Both the position numbers and the translations under genes were made by a program. This document shows positions 18,832-29,032 of a DNA stretch of 64,000 bases, one piece after another. The DNA is from Maricaulis sp. (GTDB taxonomy: Bacteria > Pseudomonadota > Alphaproteobacteria > Caulobacterales > Maricaulaceae), in contig NZ_JBLWTL010000001.1 of assembly GCF_048270095.1 (NCBI RefSeq), forward strand, positions 80,544 through 144,543. The letters run 5' to 3'. The notes beneath the pieces are model-generated. The model was not told where the DNA came from. It did no database searches and worked only from the letters and a program-made list of their open reading frames with translations. The stretch's first letter is position 1, and each line of letters starts with the position of its first letter.

Positions 18832-19479
18832 CTATTCCTCGATATCGACCTCAAAGGCCGACGGCAGCACCGTCACCTGCCAGCCACCCTCCAGCTGGTA
18901 GAGCCAGAATATGTCGCCATAGGCCTGATCGGCCAGACGCCCGTCGCTGCAACCAACGGCCTGGGATGCGTCCAGGCCGGCAAATTGCGTCAGCCAGAGG
19001 CAGCTGGTGTTGGAATGCTCTGCGACCAGTGTCCAGCGGGCATCCGAAGCGGCCGCATCGGCAAAGGCGGCGGCGCGACTGCGCGTGATCACGTCCTGCG
19101 CCGCACAACCTGTCTCCAGGCCGTCCCCCGCCTGGTGGGCGATGACCGGCTGGCCTCCCGCCTCGGCGGTCCGCAGGGTCCGGCAGGCGGCACTTGAATA
19201 GGCCTGGTCAACCGCCGGAGTACCGATCAGTTCGGCCAGCCGCACCACCATGGCCTCACCCTGAGGGCTGAGCGGGCAATCAAGCGCATTGCAGTCCGAA
19301 GAGATCTTGCGCGCATGCCGGACGACCAGAATATGCCGGTCAGCGCGCTGGAGATCGGCAGACCGGTCGGTCGGGGCCCGTTCCAACAAGCCCGGACGGT
19401 CAAAGCCCGTCATGGTTTCGGGCCCGGCACAAGCGGCCAGGATCGACAGAAGTGCAAGCGTCGTAAACAAGCGTTTCAT
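18832..19479 (-). CDS. Histidine phosphatase-fold lipoprotein
   Basis: Lipobox LLSILAAC; VVRHA, PLSPQG, YSS..CRTLRT and LVAEHSN match the RHG/SS..R..T/H pattern of the family. Confidence 0.72.
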   Translation of the reverse strand: MKRLFTTLALLSILAACAGPETMTGFDRPGLLERAPTDRSADLQRADRHILVVRHARKISSDCNALDCPLSPQGEAMVVRLAELIGTPAVDQAYSSAACRTLRTAEAGGQPVIAHQAGDGLETGCAAQDVITRSRAAAFADAAASDARWTLVAEHSNTSCLWLTQFAGLDASQAVGCSDGRLADQAYGDIFWLYQLEGGWQVTVLPSAFEVDIEE

Positions 19480-19556
19480 GCGGGCCTCGTGTCCGGTTCG
19501 CGCGGAGCATAGAGCGGTGCCCTGGGCGCATCCAGCCCTAAAGGAGCGGGCGCCGT

Positions 19557-20681
19557 CTAAACGTCCCGCCGCATCGGCAGGCAGACAGTGATCACCGTGC
19601 CGGCCTCCGCACTGCTCTCGATCTCCAGCGTGCCGTCCATCAATGTGGCCAGGCGCCAGCAAATCGCCAGCCCGACACCGCCATCACCGCTCATATTGGC
19701 AAACTCGGCACGAACACGCTCGATCACCTTGGGCGGAAAATATAATTGCTCCACCGTCGCCGTGAACTTCACCCAGGCAAGCCCCTCGCCCTCTTCCTCG
19801 ACCTCGAGCAGGCCGCGCAGGATGCCGGGCGGGCTGTGCTTGATCACGAGCGCGGCGAGCGTTGAAAACAGTTGCCGCGTCAATCGGCTATCGCCGATCA
19901 CCTGCTTCGTCGCAGCGGGCGTGATTTCAGCGGCAAACACCAGACCCTTGTCACGCGCGGCGGGCTCAAAAAGGGCTTCGACCGATTTGAGGATGTCCGC
20001 CGGTGAGAAGGCCTGATTGCGAACTTCGACCTGGTCCGATTTCAACTGCGACAGGTTGGTCACGACACTAACGCGCGCCAGCATGGTCTGGGCAGACTGC
20101 TCCATCGTGGCCAGCAGTTTACGTTGCGCCGGATCAAGCGCGGTATTCCCGAGCAGGCTGCCAAGCCCGATAATCCCGTTCAGCGGGGTTCGCAATTCAT
20201 GGCTCAACCCCAGCAGAAAGTCAGATTCATGCTGGCTGGCCACCCGCTGGGTCTCCGCCGCAGTCTTGAGTTCGCTCTCGAGCGTCGTGCGGACACTGAC
20301 CTCATGCTCAAGCGCCGATGCCGACTGCTCGAGGCTCTCCATCAACCGCCCGAATCGCCAGGTCAGCTGAACCACCCCGAGCAGAAAGAAGATCGTCGCC
20401 ACCGTCTCACAAGCCCAACGGACCCAGGTCTCCAGGACCGTGCCGATCTGAACTGTCTGGCCGCCGTCGGCCAAGATCGGACCAACCAGCAGAAAGACGA
20501 GATGGATAAGGTGATACCCGCCCCAGATCGCCATCCCCACAGCGATGAGGCCGAGTTCACGCGAAATTCCGGCAAAGCTGATCGCCCTCAGATTCCGGGC
20601 CATAACGAACAGCGTTAGAGCCAGCGCGAGGACGACGAAGACATCTTGGACAGCCGTTGACAGCATGAAGTTCTCACTCAT
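19557..20681 (-). CDS. Membrane histidine kinase-like protein with degenerate ATP-binding domain
   Basis: About three TM segments and H-box LSHELRTPLNGIIG. The N and G1 boxes are not recognisable. Confidence 0.8.
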   Translation of the reverse strand: MSENFMLSTAVQDVFVVLALALTLFVMARNLRAISFAGISRELGLIAVGMAIWGGYHLIHLVFLLVGPILADGGQTVQIGTVLETWVRWACETVATIFFLLGVVQLTWRFGRLMESLEQSASALEHEVSVRTTLESELKTAAETQRVASQHESDFLLGLSHELRTPLNGIIGLGSLLGNTALDPAQRKLLATMEQSAQTMLARVSVVTNLSQLKSDQVEVRNQAFSPADILKSVEALFEPAARDKGLVFAAEITPAATKQVIGDSRLTRQLFSTLAALVIKHSPPGILRGLLEVEEEGEGLAWVKFTATVEQLYFPPKVIERVRAEFANMSGDGGVGLAICWRLATLMDGTLEIESSAEAGTVITVCLPMRRDV

Positions 20682-20867
20682 GCGCGGCCCTACAGACGGG
20701 CCACGGGGCAGTCTATTGCCCGTCCAGGAGCGTCACATCGTGATACCCCGGTCAAACCGGCGGCGCAAAATCACTCGTATCGTGCTGTCTGTAAAGCGTT
20801 AACTGGCCCGATGAATTAAAGATGCGTGCGCTTGACTCACCAGGCGGGTGCGAAAACGTGCCGATCC

Positions 20868-22100
20868 TCAATCATTACGGCCCAGCCGGCGCTTGCGCCG
20901 CGCCAGCAACTGAAGCCGAAGCGCATTGAGACGAATAAAGCCGGCCGCATCCTTCTGGTCATAGACCTCGTCCTCTTCGAAGGTGACGTGCGCCTGCGAG
21001 TAGAGCGAGTGATCGGAGCTGCGACCCACGACATTGACGGAGCCCTTGTAGAGTTTGAGGCGGACATCGCCGGTGACGAATTCCTGGCTGGCATCGATCG
21101 CTGCCTGCAACATTTCGCGTTCCGGCGAGAACCAGAAGCCCTCATAGAGCAGTTTGGCATAGCGTGGCATCAGCTCATCCTTGAGGTGGGCTGCACCGCG
21201 ATCGAGGGTAATCTGCTCGATCCCGCGATGGGCCGACATCAGGATCGTACCGCCCGGGGTCTCGTAGACACCGCGTGATTTCATGCCGACGAAGCGGTTT
21301 TCGACCAGGTCGAGCCGGCCAATGCCGTGCCTGCCACCCAGCTCATTGAGCCGCGTCAGCAGGGTCGCCGGGCTCATCGCCTTGCCATCAATGGCACAGG
21401 CATCGCCGCGCTTGAAGGAGATGGTGACGTATTCCGGAGTGTCGGGCGCATCTTCAGGCCGCACCGTGCGCTGATAGACAAGCTCGGAGGCTTCCTCGGC
21501 CGGATCCTCGAGCATCTTGCCTTCCGAGGAGGTGTGCCAGAGATTGGCATCGACCGAAAACGGTGCCTCGCCGCGCTTGTCCTTGGCGACTTCAATGCCG
21601 TGCTCTTCAGCATAGGCAATCAACTTGGTGCGCGAATTGAGGTCCCATTCGCGCCAGGGCGCAATGACGCGAAGATCCGGGTCGAGCGCATAGACGCCGA
21701 GCTCGAAACGGACCTGGTCATTGCCCTTGCCGGTGGCACCATGAGCGACCGCATCGGCACCTGTCTCGTGGGCGATTTCGACCAGACGTTTGGAGATCAG
21801 CGGCCGCGCGATCGAGGTGCCGAGCAGATAGAGCCCCTCATAAACCGCATTGGCGCGCACCATCGGGAAAACGAAATCGCGGACAAATTCCTCGCGCAGA
21901 TCATCAATGAAAATCTCCGACACGCCCGCAGCCTTGGCCTTGCGTCGTGCCGGTTCCAGCTCCTCGCCCTGGCCGAGATCGGCGGTGAAGGTGACCACTT
22001 CGGCGTCATACTCATCCTGGAGCCATTTCAGGATCACCGATGTGTCGAGCCCGCCGGAATAGGCGAGGACGATCTTCTTCACTTTGGCTGGAGTTTTCAT
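20868..22100 (-). CDS. argG: Argininosuccinate synthase
   Basis: [48 protein letters not shown]. Confidence 0.99.
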   Translation of the reverse strand: MKTPAKVKKIVLAYSGGLDTSVILKWLQDEYDAEVVTFTADLGQGEELEPARRKAKAAGVSEIFIDDLREEFVRDFVFPMVRANAVYEGLYLLGTSIARPLISKRLVEIAHETGADAVAHGATGKGNDQVRFELGVYALDPDLRVIAPWREWDLNSRTKLIAYAEEHGIEVAKDKRGEAPFSVDANLWHTSSEGKMLEDPAEEASELVYQRTVRPEDAPDTPEYVTISFKRGDACAIDGKAMSPATLLTRLNELGGRHGIGRLDLVENRFVGMKSRGVYETPGGTILMSAHRGIEQITLDRGAAHLKDELMPRYAKLLYEGFWFSPEREMLQAAIDASQEFVTGDVRLKLYKGSVNVVGRSSDHSLYSQAHVTFEEDEVYDQKDAAGFIRLNALRLQLLARRKRRLGRND

Positions 22101-22247
22101 GGCCGCGCATCCCTTCGCATTGTGTGCAGCCCGCGTAGCGCCCCCGCCCTTTGTGCGCAAGTGGTCCGGCCGATAAATCGCAAGGCAAGCGGTAGATAAT
22201 ACGCATTCACCGCTGGACAGACAGCTGGCGCACAGCAATCTACCAGC

Positions 22248-23522
22248 ATGGTTACACGCCCCATATCAGCTTTCTCCGGTTTTGCCGGTCGCCGCGCCCG
22301 TTTCGAGCACGACCGGCCTGACGCTGCGACGGCACGTGAATTGTTGGCGCGCCTGCTACGCCGCGCCCGTGAAGAAAGCCTCGTCACCGCCGCAGACCTG
22401 CGTCATCACCTGCTGCGCGCCGGTATCGATATCGAAATGCCGCGGCTGACCGATGCCCGCAGTTTTCTCGATAGCGATATGGCGCTCGACGCCGCAGCGA
22501 TCGAAGCCGGGCTGACCCCGGATATCAGCCGCTTCCTGTTGCAAATTCTCGATGGCGATCTGGCGATCGAGAATTTCCCCGTGTTTGAAAACCGGATCGC
22601 CAATATCTACGCCCACGCCCAGGCCGCCACGGGCGGCGAGGTCGCCGGCTATATCCCCGAACTGGCGAAGCAGGACCCGGACAGTTTCGGCCTTGCCGTC
22701 TGCAGTATTGACGGTCAGCGGATGGCCCTGGGCGATGCACAGACACCCTTCTGTCTGCAATCCGTAATGAAACCACTGAATTACGCGCTGGCCCTGGCCC
22801 TGAACGGCGAGCGTTTTGTCCATCATCATGTCGGCCGTGAACCTTCCGGTCTGGGCTTCAATGAATTGACGCTCAACCACGACAATCGCCCCCACAACCC
22901 GATGATCAATTCAGGGGCCATCATGTGCAGCGCCATGATCCGCCCGGGACGCCCTGTTGCCGAGCGTTTCGACATGCTGATGCGTTTCTGGAATTCGGCT
23001 ATTGGCAGCCAGGCCTGCGGCTTCGACGAAGCCGTCTACCGGTCAGAGCAGGGCACGGCAGAGCGCAATTTCGCGCTGGCGCGGCTGATGGACAGCCATG
23101 GTGTCTTCCCGGAAGGCAGCATCGTCGATCGTGCGCTTGATCTCTATTTTCGCAGTTGCGCCATGACGCTCGATTGCCGCGCCCTGTCGGTCGCAGCCGC
23201 CACCCTGGCCAATGGCGGCGTCTGCCCGCTGACAGGTCACCGTATCGCGGAGCCGGCCACGGTCCGCAATACGCTGTCCCTGATGCTGACCTGCGGCATG
23301 TATGATTTTTCAGGCGAGTTTGCCTTTGTTGTGGGCCTGCCAGCAAAATCGGGCGTGTCGGGCGGTTTGATGCTGGTTGTGCCGGGCGTTTGCGGTATCG
23401 GCCTTTGGAGCCCGCCCCTCGACCGGCTCGGAAACCCGGTCCGCGGGCTGGAATTCTCTCGCCGCCTGGTCGAGGCTTTCCCGTTTCACATTTTCGCCGG
23501 AACGACGGACGGACCGGCATAG
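22248..23522 (+). CDS. glsA: Glutaminase A with long N-terminal extension
   Basis: [20 protein letters not shown] (SxxK), [30 protein letters not shown]. Confidence 0.95.
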   Translation: MVTRPISAFSGFAGRRARFEHDRPDAATARELLARLLRRAREESLVTAADLRHHLLRAGIDIEMPRLTDARSFLDSDMALDAAAIEAGLTPDISRFLLQILDGDLAIENFPVFENRIANIYAHAQAATGGEVAGYIPELAKQDPDSFGLAVCSIDGQRMALGDAQTPFCLQSVMKPLNYALALALNGERFVHHHVGREPSGLGFNELTLNHDNRPHNPMINSGAIMCSAMIRPGRPVAERFDMLMRFWNSAIGSQACGFDEAVYRSEQGTAERNFALARLMDSHGVFPEGSIVDRALDLYFRSCAMTLDCRALSVAAATLANGGVCPLTGHRIAEPATVRNTLSLMLTCGMYDFSGEFAFVVGLPAKSGVSGGLMLVVPGVCGIGLWSPPLDRLGNPVRGLEFSRRLVEAFPFHIFAGTTDGPA

Positions 23523-23589
23523 CCCGCTGGACTTTCGCCGCGGCTCTTCGCACCTTGTGCGCCACCACCAGCCTTCGGGAGTCCGCCTC

Positions 23590-24420
23590 ATGCGACGTCA
23601 TCTTGTTCTGATCACCGGCGCCTCTTCGGGCATTGGCAAGGCGCTGGCACGCGAATTCGCCGCCAATGGCTGGGACCTCGCGCTGACAGCGCGGCGCCAG
23701 GACCGGCTCGAAGCCCTGGCCGAGGAAATCAAGACCCAGTATGGCGTCGACAGCCTGGTTATCGCGGCCGATCTGTCCAAACCTGCCGCACCAAAAAAAA
23801 TCATCGCTGCGGTGGAAGCAGCCGGGCGCACGATTGACGGGCTGGTCAATAATGCCGGCTTCGGCCTTCCGGGCACCTATACCCAGACCAGCTGGAAACA
23901 GCAGGCTGATTTCCTGCAGCTGATGCTGGGCAGTTATGCCGAGCTGGTGCACCGGGTGATGCCCGGCATGCAGGAACGCGGCTATGGCCGCATTCTCAAT
24001 GTCGCCTCGGTCGCCGGCCTGATGCCCGGCTCGAAGGGCCATACGCTATACGCTGCCGTGAAATCGGCGCTGATCAAATTCAGCCAGTCACTCCACTTTG
24101 AAGGCAAGGAATACGGCATCCACGCCACAGCGCTATGCCCGGGCTTTACCTATTCCGAATTCCACGACGTCAATGAAACGCGCGACCTGGTGTCGAAAAT
24201 GCCGTCCTATTGGTGGCTGACCGCCGAGCAGGTCGCGGAGGCCGGCTATAATGCCCTGCAACGCAATCAGCCGATCTGCGTGCCCGGGCTCTGGTATAAA
24301 TTCCTCACCGGCCTCAACCAGGTCCTGCCGACCCCGGTCTCGATGTGGATGATGGAGCGCAGCAGCGGCAGTGTCCGCCGCGGCGAGGTGGACCCGGCAA
24401 GCCCGGACGCCGGAGATTGA
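23590..24420 (+). CDS. SDR family oxidoreductase
   Basis: LITGASSGIG, LVNNAGFG, YAAVK (YxxxK), ALCPGFT. Confidence 0.92.
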   Translation: MRRHLVLITGASSGIGKALAREFAANGWDLALTARRQDRLEALAEEIKTQYGVDSLVIAADLSKPAAPKKIIAAVEAAGRTIDGLVNNAGFGLPGTYTQTSWKQQADFLQLMLGSYAELVHRVMPGMQERGYGRILNVASVAGLMPGSKGHTLYAAVKSALIKFSQSLHFEGKEYGIHATALCPGFTYSEFHDVNETRDLVSKMPSYWWLTAEQVAEAGYNALQRNQPICVPGLWYKFLTGLNQVLPTPVSMWMMERSSGSVRRGEVDPASPDAGD

Positions 24421-24423
24421 TCC

Positions 24424-25050
24424 ATGCTCGACCTTTCCCTGTTGCCGCTTTTTCTCGCCGGCGGTCTGGCGCTGGCGCTGACACCGGGACCGGACATGGC
24501 CTTCACCCTCGCGACCACAGCCTCGCGCGGTCTGCGCGCCGGGCTGGGCGCCGTGGGCGGCATCATCACCGGCGGTGCGATCTGGACGATAGCGGCGGCA
24601 ATCGGGCTGGCCGCTCTCCTGACAGCCTCCGAACATGCGCTCTCGGTCATCCGCTATGGCGGTGCGATTTATCTGCTGTGGCTGGCTTGGCGGACGATCC
24701 AGACACTTGACGCCGCGCCGCATGCCCAAGCATCGGCCTCGGCTTCACAGGCATTCCTGCGCGGCTTGATGACCAATCTGCTCAATCCCAAGGTCGGGCT
24801 GTTCTTCCTCGCCTTCCTGCCGCAATTTACCAATGCCGAACTAGGCCCGGTCTGGATCCAGATGCTGATGCTCGGCGGGATATTCTTCGCGATGGGGACG
24901 ATGGTCCTGGTTGCCATCGCGCTGGCGGCCGGTGCGGCGCAGGCCCGCCTCGCCCATTCGCTGACTCTGCGGCGGGCATTGAACGGCCTGGCCGCGACGG
25001 CGTTTGGTGCGCTCGGTTTGCGCTTGATCTTCAGCAGCAATACCGACTAG
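24424..25050 (+). CDS. LysE/RhtB family amino-acid exporter
   Basis: ALTPGPDM, GAIYLLWLAW, FLRGLMTNLLNPKVGLFFLAFLPQF. Confidence 0.92.
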   Translation: MLDLSLLPLFLAGGLALALTPGPDMAFTLATTASRGLRAGLGAVGGIITGGAIWTIAAAIGLAALLTASEHALSVIRYGGAIYLLWLAWRTIQTLDAAPHAQASASASQAFLRGLMTNLLNPKVGLFFLAFLPQFTNAELGPVWIQMLMLGGIFFAMGTMVLVAIALAAGAAQARLAHSLTLRRALNGLAATAFGALGLRLIFSSNTD

Positions 25051-25061
25051 ACCTGCGGCTT

Positions 25062-25775
25062 ATGTTACAAGCTGATCCCCGCCTGATCGTCGCGCTCGAT
25101 AAGCCGACTATCCCCGACGCATGGGCGCTTATCGAAGCGCTCGGCGATACCGTCAATTTCTACAAGATCGGGCTGCAGCTCATCCCGATTGGCGGCATGG
25201 AATTGAGCGCGCGCCTGAAACAGGCCGGCAAGCAGGTTTTCCTCGATTACAAGCTGCACGACATTCCCGCGACGGTCGAAAAAGCGACCCGCAGCCTCGC
25301 CGATACCGGCGCCGACCTGCTGACGGTCCATGCCGAACCGGCCGTGATGCGCGCCGCCGTCGCGGGCCGCGGCGATAGCGGTTTGAAAATTCTCGGCGTC
25401 ACCGTGATGACTTGCTATGACGACGAAATGCTCACTGAAATGGGTTATGCCTTCGGGGCGCGCGATCTGGTGATGCGCCGGGTTGAGCAGAGCCTGGAAG
25501 CCGGCGTCGATGGCGTCGTCGCGAGCGCCCATGAGGCCGCCGAGATCCGCCAGAAGTTTGGCGGCGATTTCCTCATCGTCACGCCGGGGATACGGCCTGC
25601 AGGCGCCGCAGCTGATGACCAGAAACGCGTCGCGACACCCGGATCGGCCTTGCAGGACGGCTCGACCCATCTGGTGATCGGCCGGCCCATCAATGCTGCG
25701 ACCGATCCGGCCGCGGCAGCGCGTGCGATCATCACGGAAATGGCCGCAGCATCGCCATCGCCGGGAACGGCCTAG
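25062..25775 (+). CDS. pyrF: Orotidine-5'-phosphate decarboxylase
   Basis: LIVALD, FLDYKLHDIPATV, IVTPGIRP, DDQKRVATP, LVIGRPI. Confidence 0.98.
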   Translation: MLQADPRLIVALDKPTIPDAWALIEALGDTVNFYKIGLQLIPIGGMELSARLKQAGKQVFLDYKLHDIPATVEKATRSLADTGADLLTVHAEPAVMRAAVAGRGDSGLKILGVTVMTCYDDEMLTEMGYAFGARDLVMRRVEQSLEAGVDGVVASAHEAAEIRQKFGGDFLIVTPGIRPAGAAADDQKRVATPGSALQDGSTHLVIGRPINAATDPAAAARAIITEMAAASPSPGTA

Positions 25776-25797
25776 CTCGCATCCAGCGGGTCAGGGG

Positions 25798-26550
25798 TCA
25801 GGGATAGACGCGGCGCTGCGCAAGATGCGGCACAGGCGCAGGCACCGTCGCGTGATCGAGCGCCCGCACTTGCCGCACCCGATGACCGGGACCGGCATGT
25901 CCAGTGCGGACCTGGCCGTCGGCCGCAATCAGGATCACGCCGCGATAGCTGTAGACCGGAGCGAAGGGCCGCTCGACACCGCCCACAAGGGTGCCACTGA
26001 AGAAATCATCGCCCAGGTGGACGGTTTCGGCCTGGGGCGCCGTCTGGTGTGCTGAGCGACCGGAAGCCGAAACAGGCTGCTGTGGCGGCCATTGCCGGCC
26101 CGCCAGCTGCGTCCCCTGCACCCGCAGGCCCGGGCTTTGCTGTGAGGTTGTGACGGTTCTGTCGTGATGACGCTGCGAAGCCGCCGATGGCCGGCTGGCT
26201 GGTCTATTCGCACTGTAACTCACGGGTCGAACCGGATCGGAGCGTGCAAGGACGGGTTGGCTGCCAGCCGCCGGCCGAAGCGAGACGGATTGCGGGGCAG
26301 TCGGCATCACGGCCGGCCGGGCCGCCATCTGCTGCGGTACCGGCCTTTGCAGCGCTGCGCTCTCCGCGTCGGGCATTTCCGTGAAGCGGCAAGGCGAGCC
26401 GGTATAACTGCCTTCCAGCGCCTGGCGGATCTCGTCAGCGCTACAGATACGCTCCGCCCCCCCGGCCAGGCGGGGTTCTGTTTGTGACTGACCGAGAGCA
26501 ACCGAGTTGGTCGCCGCGACCGCCAGAATCAAGGCGAGCAAGCGTTTCAT
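25798..26550 (-). CDS. Secreted hypothetical protein with a Pro/Ser/Ala/Gln-rich linker
   Basis: Signal peptide MKRLLALILAVAATNSVALG; N-terminal Cys pair; C-terminal LGDDFFSG..VGGVE segment. Confidence 0.6.
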   Translation of the reverse strand: MKRLLALILAVAATNSVALGQSQTEPRLAGGAERICSADEIRQALEGSYTGSPCRFTEMPDAESAALQRPVPQQMAARPAVMPTAPQSVSLRPAAGSQPVLARSDPVRPVSYSANRPASRPSAASQRHHDRTVTTSQQSPGLRVQGTQLAGRQWPPQQPVSASGRSAHQTAPQAETVHLGDDFFSGTLVGGVERPFAPVYSYRGVILIAADGQVRTGHAGPGHRVRQVRALDHATVPAPVPHLAQRRVYP

Positions 26551-26683
26551 TACGGCACACTAGCCCGGACCAGACCCCGCTCAAAGCGAGCGCACCCCGC
26601 AGGCGAATCCATCGATTCAAAAGCAGCTCTCAGGGGTAGGTGGCTTGTAAGCGGTCGGCGTTCGGCAGGACCTTTGGCCGCGG

Positions 26684-26893
26684 TCAGAAGTCGCTGGCCA
26701 TGCCCTTGCGTTCCCAGTCTCCAAACCGGGTTGGCTCAAGGCCTTTCGGGCCACCGGTTTCGGCCGGACCATTGGCCGCTTCATCAATCGCGGCCCGCCT
26801 CGCCTTCGCTTCGGCCAGGGCGCGCTGCGCCGCAGGTGTCAGCAGCTTGTCAGGGGCTTGGGCGGCGGCGGGAGATTCCGGGGCATCTTGCAT
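26684..26893 (-). CDS. DUF1674 (SDHAF4-like) protein
   Basis: PAAQRALAEAKARR...GGPKGLEPTRFGDWERKG..SDF. Confidence 0.9.
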   Translation of the reverse strand: MQDAPESPAAAQAPDKLLTPAAQRALAEAKARRAAIDEAANGPAETGGPKGLEPTRFGDWERKGMASDF

Positions 26894-27000
26894 CCCTCTT
26901 CGTTACAGCGCCGGGAAGGCCGCGCCAAGCACGGAACTGCAACCGAGGGGTGCCGCCAGGATTATTAGACGTGGCCCGGCCGCCGTGCTAGCTGGCGCGC

Positions 27001-28296
27001 ATGAGTGATGGACTGGATCCCCGCCGGGTGGCTGCCCGGGCCTATTCGCTTGTGCTCAAACAGCACAAAACGATTGAATCTGCCCTGGATCGCGATCCGG
27101 GCTTTGCGGCCATGAGTGATCGCGATCGCGGTTTTGCCCGCGCGATCGTCTCGACGACCTTTCGCCGCCTCGGTCAGACCCGGCTGGTGCTGAACAAATT
27201 TCTCGCCAGACCGATCGAGGAGAATGCTGCCCCGATCCAGGCCATATTACTGACTGGCGCCGCGCAATTGCTGTGGATGGGCGTGCCACCACACGCGGCC
27301 GTCTCCTCGGCTGTTTCGCTGGCCGATGAAGACGATAAATCGCGCCGCCTCAAAGGTCTGGTCAATGCCGTGCTGCGTAAGGTCGACCGCGAAGGTGGCG
27401 CGATCGCCGGCGCAACCGCGCCGCAGGAAAACCTTCCGGAATGGCTGGTCCAGAGCTGGCGCACCGCCTATGGCCCGGGCCAGCTCAGCAAGATCGCCAA
27501 TGCGCTGCTTGAAACCCCGCCGCTTGATCTGACGGTCAAAAATCCGTCCGAGCGCGAACACTGGGCCGCCGAACTGGGCGCCACGATTCTGCCCAATGGC
27601 ACATTGCGGCGCGCCAGCATCACCGATCTGACCACCTTGCCCGGCTTCGCCGAAGGGGCCTGGTGGGCCCAGGACGCCGCTGCCGCGCTTCCCGCACAGC
27701 TGCTGCGGGTCAAACCGGGCGAGACGATTGTCGACCTCTGCGCCGCACCCGGTGGCAAGACGATGCAGCTCGCGGCCATGGGCGCCAAGGTCATCGGTGT
27801 CGATGTCTCGGCGCAACGCATGAAGCGGGTCAGCGAAAACCTTCAGCGTACGGGTCTGGAAGCCGAACTCGTGGTCGATGATGGCCGTACCTGGCGCCCC
27901 GATAATCGCGTCGATGCCGTTCTGCTCGATGCGCCCTGTACCGCCACGGGCACACTGCGCCGGCACCCGGAGGGCGCGTGGATCAAGCGCCCCGAGGACG
28001 TTGCCAAGCTGCAATCGCTCCAGTTCGAGCTGATCAAATCAGCGATCCGGATGATCAAGCCGGGCGGGCGCCTCATCGTGTGCACCTGTTCGCTTCAGCC
28101 CCAGGAGGGCGAAGCGTTGGCCAATACGATCTCCAATTATGAAAGCCTGGCCCCGTTCGCCATCACCCGGACCGAGCTGACCGACCTCGCCGAATCCGTC
28201 ACCAAGGGTGGATTCATGCGGGTTACACCAGCGGTCTGGCGCAGCCATGGGGGCATGGACGGCTTCTTCATCGCCCGCTTCTCAAAACGCGCCTGA
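27001..28296 (+). CDS. rsmB: RsmB/NOP (Sun/Fmu) RNA m5C methyltransferase
   Basis: N-terminal NusB-like domain; [31 protein letters not shown]. Confidence 0.9.
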   Translation: MSDGLDPRRVAARAYSLVLKQHKTIESALDRDPGFAAMSDRDRGFARAIVSTTFRRLGQTRLVLNKFLARPIEENAAPIQAILLTGAAQLLWMGVPPHAAVSSAVSLADEDDKSRRLKGLVNAVLRKVDREGGAIAGATAPQENLPEWLVQSWRTAYGPGQLSKIANALLETPPLDLTVKNPSEREHWAAELGATILPNGTLRRASITDLTTLPGFAEGAWWAQDAAAALPAQLLRVKPGETIVDLCAAPGGKTMQLAAMGAKVIGVDVSAQRMKRVSENLQRTGLEAELVVDDGRTWRPDNRVDAVLLDAPCTATGTLRRHPEGAWIKRPEDVAKLQSLQFELIKSAIRMIKPGGRLIVCTCSLQPQEGEALANTISNYESLAPFAITRTELTDLAESVTKGGFMRVTPAVWRSHGGMDGFFIARFSKRA

Positions 28297-28331
28297 TTGA
28301 TCACTGTTTCAGCGGGATCGGCGGGCGTGTC

Positions 28332-28345
28332 TTGCACGCGTGCAA
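28332..28345. promoter_or_regulatory. Perfect 14-bp palindrome overlapping the likely -35 of rpe
   Basis: TTGCACGCGTGCAA. Confidence 0.4.
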
Positions 28346-28367
28346 CAGCACTGTTATCCGATCTGTC

Positions 28368-29027
28368 ATGGGCGCTCCGGTTTACATTTCACCATCCATC
28401 CTGTCGGCGGATTTCGCCCGGCTCGGCGACGAGGTTCGCGCGATCGACGCGGCCGGCGCCGACTGGATCCATATTGATGTGATGGATGGGCATTTCGTGC
28501 CCAATCTGACCATCGGGCCCGGCGTCATCAAAGCGCTGCGGCCGCATAGCGAAAAGCCGTTCGACGTCCATTTGATGATCACGCCCGTCGACCCCTATAT
28601 CGAGGCCTTCATCGAGGCTGGCGCCAATATCATCACGGCGCACCCCGAGGCGGGTCCGCATTTCCACCGCACGGTGCAGGCGATCAAGGCACGTGGCGCC
28701 AAGGCCGGCGCGGCGCTCAACCCGTCGTCCTCACCCGATATGATCGACTATGTGCTCGATGAGCTCGATCTCGTGCTGGTGATGAGCGTCAATCCGGGTT
28801 TTGGCGGACAGAGCTTCATCGACAGCCAATTGCGCAAGATCGAAACCCTGCGCGAACAGATCGAGCGCCGGGGGCTGTCGACGATTATCGAAGTCGATGG
28901 CGGCGTCACCCCGGCCAATGCGGGCGCCTGCATCAATGCGGGCGCCAGCGCGCTCGTCGCCGGCTCCGCCGTTTTCAAGGGCGGCCCCGACCTGTACCGG
29001 CAGAATATCCAAGCGTTGCGTGGGTAG
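28368..29027 (+). CDS. rpe: Ribulose-phosphate 3-epimerase
   Basis: [48 protein letters not shown]. Confidence 0.99.
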   Translation: MGAPVYISPSILSADFARLGDEVRAIDAAGADWIHIDVMDGHFVPNLTIGPGVIKALRPHSEKPFDVHLMITPVDPYIEAFIEAGANIITAHPEAGPHFHRTVQAIKARGAKAGAALNPSSSPDMIDYVLDELDLVLVMSVNPGFGGQSFIDSQLRKIETLREQIERRGLSTIIEVDGGVTPANAGACINAGASALVAGSAVFKGGPDLYRQNIQALRG

Positions 29028-29032
29028 CGGCA

